This document shows, piece by piece, positions 54,005-56,610 of a stretch of 56,610 nucleotides of DNA (its first letter is position 1; the number at the start of each line of letters is the position of its first letter). Source of the stretch: Myxococcota bacterium (lineage in GTDB: Bacteria; Myxococcota_A; UBA796; SXON01); assembly GCA_040386535.1 (NCBI GenBank), contig JAZKFH010000009.1:337396-394005 (forward strand). The letters run 5' to 3'. The translations under genes were made by a program, and so were the position numbers. The notes under the pieces were generated by a model that was not told the origin of the DNA, ran no database searches, and was given only the letters and a program-made list of their open reading frames with translations.

Positions 54005-55054
54005 ATGCCCTACCTCCGCCGCGCTTCGTGTCTGTTCCTGGCGAGCCTCGTGTTGGGTGGGGAACCTGCGTCTCCCGCCGCGCCGCCAGGGCGCTTCGCG
54101 CCCACGATATTCTTCTGGGATGCCGCGCACGGCTCGGTGTATGCGTCCGTGATTGGTTGGGCACTCTACGCTCTCGACGCTGCGTCCGGGCGGGTGCGCT
54201 GGCGCCGCCCCGCTACGACGGCCCTTTGGTTGGAGGGGAACGAGCTGCTCGTGCAGGACACCGGCACCGGCGACCTCCTGTCGTTGTCGACGCTCGACGC
54301 CAACACGGGCGCTCTCCTGCGGACCTGTACGGGCGTTCCCGGGGAGGTGCCCGAGCCTCCGCGACCCGACATCACCGTGACGTGGACGGCTACGATCGAC
54401 GCGGCCGAGGGCGCTCCGGCGGGCGTCGTGTTGGTTTCGTGGCGTCGGGAGGAGAGGTTCACGCCGCCGGAACGGTCGACCGGGTCAGCCCCTGGTGGGG
54501 CCGGACCCCCTCCAGACGGGCCCGGCGTCGTTGGCATGCACAGCGCGTCGGGCGCCTACCAACTCGACGTCCACACGTGCGCCCAGGTGCCTCGGCTACG
54601 AGGTGGACGCCCACTGATTCTGCCGGACGTTCGCCGCGAATGGGTGGTCGCCCCCTCGTCGGCCCAGGCGGGAGGAGTCGTCTCCACCCCCGATGTCACC
54701 GACGCGGAGGGTCGCCGACTCCCCGCGTATGCCTGGGTCCGATTGGATTCCTCCGGGCAGCAGATCCAGGCCATCCAGTTGGACGCCGGCTATCGAACCC
54801 GCGTGATCCCCTCCGCGGACGGCGACAGCTTCGCCGTCGTCTACGCCCGCCCTGACGCCGATCGCACGGTCGCGTGGACGCTCTACGGTTCGGCGAAGGG
54901 CGACCGGCTCGGCACTGTCACCCCTCGTGGCGTCGGCGACTGGTTCCTGGTGTGCGGGGGGCTCCTGCTCGTCGACCGCGACTCACAAATCGGGTTCGTC
55001 GCCTATGATCTGGCGAGCGGGTCGGAGCGGTGGGCCTTCCCCGCGACGAGGTAG
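54005..55054 (+). CDS. Secreted PQQ-like beta-propeller protein
   Basis: Signal peptide, LYALDAASGRVRW, LDANTG and AYDLASGSERW motifs. Confidence 0.65.
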   Translation: MPYLRRASCLFLASLVLGGEPASPAAPPGRFAPTIFFWDAAHGSVYASVIGWALYALDAASGRVRWRRPATTALWLEGNELLVQDTGTGDLLSLSTLDANTGALLRTCTGVPGEVPEPPRPDITVTWTATIDAAEGAPAGVVLVSWRREERFTPPERSTGSAPGGAGPPPDGPGVVGMHSASGAYQLDVHTCAQVPRLRGGRPLILPDVRREWVVAPSSAQAGGVVSTPDVTDAEGRRLPAYAWVRLDSSGQQIQAIQLDAGYRTRVIPSADGDSFAVVYARPDADRTVAWTLYGSAKGDRLGTVTPRGVGDWFLVCGGLLLVDRDSQIGFVAYDLASGSERWAFPATR

Positions 55055-55280
55055 CGGGGAACAGATTCCTCTGGGGGCGACCCCGGCCCGCGGACGGTCC
55101 GGGGCCGGCGCCCTGCGCGGTCGGGCATGCGCCCTCCGTCGGCCGGCTGCGGGCCGGCCGACCGGCGCGGGCTTGGAGGTTTGGGTGGGGTTGGAACTTG
55201 GGGTGGCCCGCGCCGCGCTGCGGTCGCCTCGCCCGGGGGAGGGTGGTGGTGGGGAGGGTGCTCCTGCGATACGGCTGGGC

Positions 55281-55658
55281 ATGACGCTCGCCAAGGTGAA
55301 CCTAACGGAAGCATTCTCACGCATCTCCGACCACTGGGCCCCGAGGATCGGTGGCGACATCAACGATGCTCACGTGAAACTTGTGAAGTTGAAGGGAACG
55401 TTTCACTGGCACCACCACGAGCACGAGGATGAGCTGTTCCTCGTCCTCGTGGGCGCGCTGCGGATGAAGCTACGGCCCGAGGATGGCGGGGACATCCTCC
55501 TTCACGAAGGCGAGTACCTGATCGTGCCGAAGGGAGTCCAACACTGTCCGGAAACGGTGACGGAAGAGGTCCATTGCCTGCTCCTCGAACCGAAGTCGAC
55601 CCTCAACACGGGGAACGTCGTCAACGAGCGGACGCGCACGGAGCTCGAGCGGATCTGA
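55281..55658 (+). CDS. Cupin domain protein
   Basis: VKLVKLKG.F.WHHH..EDELFLV, VPKGVQHCP and EPKSTLNTG motifs. Confidence 0.88.
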   Translation: MTLAKVNLTEAFSRISDHWAPRIGGDINDAHVKLVKLKGTFHWHHHEHEDELFLVLVGALRMKLRPEDGGDILLHEGEYLIVPKGVQHCPETVTEEVHCLLLEPKSTLNTGNVVNERTRTELERI

Positions 55659-55751
55659 GGCAGGCAGCCTCGGACGTGCCCGGCGCGTGGTTCTTCGCGA
55701 TCCGAAGGGACCCCGCACCTGATCCGGTGGCGTGCATGGCATGCTACGGCC

Positions 55752-56603
55752 ATGACGCTCGATCAAATCGATCACCTCGCCGCTGAGATGCGGCCCTTCG
55801 TGGAGAACGCAACGGGCGTGCGGATGGTCGCGCTGCCCCGCATCAAGGAGAACACTGTCGCGGCGTTCAATGAGAATGTCCTCGATGCACGTGCGCGTTG
55901 GCTAACGACGTTGTCGTTCGGCTACACGGAACACGTGCCGAAGGACGCGACACCACGTTTCGACGACTTGATGGCTCCGAGCGCGTTGATGGTCTACAGC
56001 AACTATGACCGCACGATCCACGTGATGCAGGACGTGTGGGAGGCGGCGTTTACGGGCAACCGGGCGTTTGACGGGCACGTGGACGATGTGCTCGCGTGTG
56101 CCATGGCGCACGAGCTCGTCCACGCGACGCAGGACCAGACCGTGGCGCTGGACGAAGGAGCCGTGGCGTTAGACCAGACGCCCCGACGCGTGCTCGCTGA
56201 AGGTGTGGCCGTGGTCTACGGCCTGCGAGCCTGCTCCGCGGCACGGGGGCCGGGCGCCCTCGCATTCTCTGCCGCGCAACAGGGGGTCGATGTCGCGCTC
56301 GTCCGCCCCAACGAGGGGTGGTTTTCAGTCTACGGCGTCGGGGCGGCCTATGTCGCGGCCATCGAGGCGGAGGCGGGACGTGAGACGGCATGGTCGGTGC
56401 TCGCGCGACCGCCGCCAACGCTCGTGGAGCTCGGGGCTCGCGCCGCTCAGGTGCTACCGGGAGTGTGGCAGGGGCGTGAGCCGCTGGACGCCGTTGCCCG
56501 CGGACTGGCAAGTACCAGGCTCGCCGTGTCCGCCCCGCTCGTGCTCGACGAGCCACCGGAAAGTGTCAACATGATTGAGACAGCGAATTCGAAACTTCTG
56601 TGA
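55752..56603 (+). CDS. Putative HExxH zinc metallopeptidase, possibly C-terminally truncated
   Basis: AHELVHATQDQ followed by LAEGVA (gluzincin-like). The last ~13 codons fall in an AT-rich junction. Confidence 0.6.
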   Translation: MTLDQIDHLAAEMRPFVENATGVRMVALPRIKENTVAAFNENVLDARARWLTTLSFGYTEHVPKDATPRFDDLMAPSALMVYSNYDRTIHVMQDVWEAAFTGNRAFDGHVDDVLACAMAHELVHATQDQTVALDEGAVALDQTPRRVLAEGVAVVYGLRACSAARGPGALAFSAAQQGVDVALVRPNEGWFSVYGVGAAYVAAIEAEAGRETAWSVLARPPPTLVELGARAAQVLPGVWQGREPLDAVARGLASTRLAVSAPLVLDEPPESVNMIETANSKLL

Positions 56604-56610
56604 ACACTAA

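Noticed and set aside
1..56610. tRNA, rRNA, riboswitch, integrase or transposase genes
   Set aside because: None recognisable by eye. tRNAscan-SE and Infernal/Rfam searches would be needed to exclude small RNAs formally.

Overview
This 56.6-kb window is very GC-rich (roughly 70-75% by eye), gene-dense bacterial DNA. It is most likely from a Myxococcota-like organism, judged from MopE-type Cys/Asp repeats, FG-GAP lipoproteins, a MYXO-CTERM-like tail, CotH-family kinases and Hanks-type kinases. About 45 protein-coding genes are supportable. Most of the long Arg/Pro/Gly-rich ORFs in the track are high-GC shadow frames. I found no rRNA, tRNA, CRISPR array, transposase, integrase or reverse transcriptase. 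Main content: (1) a ~10-kb surface-lipoprotein cluster, in which a MIDAS-type vWA lipoprotein gene sits 2 nt upstream of a lipoprotein with exactly seven FG-GAP repeats (a candidate bacterial integrin-like alpha/beta pair), with two copies of a palindromic operator nearby; (2) an FHA/winged-helix regulator + Ser/Thr kinase-WD40 + CotH kinase module; (3) two paralogous unknown genes bracketing a hydrolase-dps-VOC cassette, where the second copy lacks a canonical start and is in frame with the VOC amber stop; (4) a permease-iadA-dehydrogenase-cphB cyanophycin-catabolism cluster with no cphA in the window; (5) ribA, fhs, GST, an SDR, an ABC exporter and a methyltransferase. At least nine genes have a TANNNT -10 box only 5-8 nt before the start codon, suggesting widespread leaderless mRNAs. 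Several unexplained non-coding repeat structures are also present. All family calls come from motif recognition by eye; no database searches were run.
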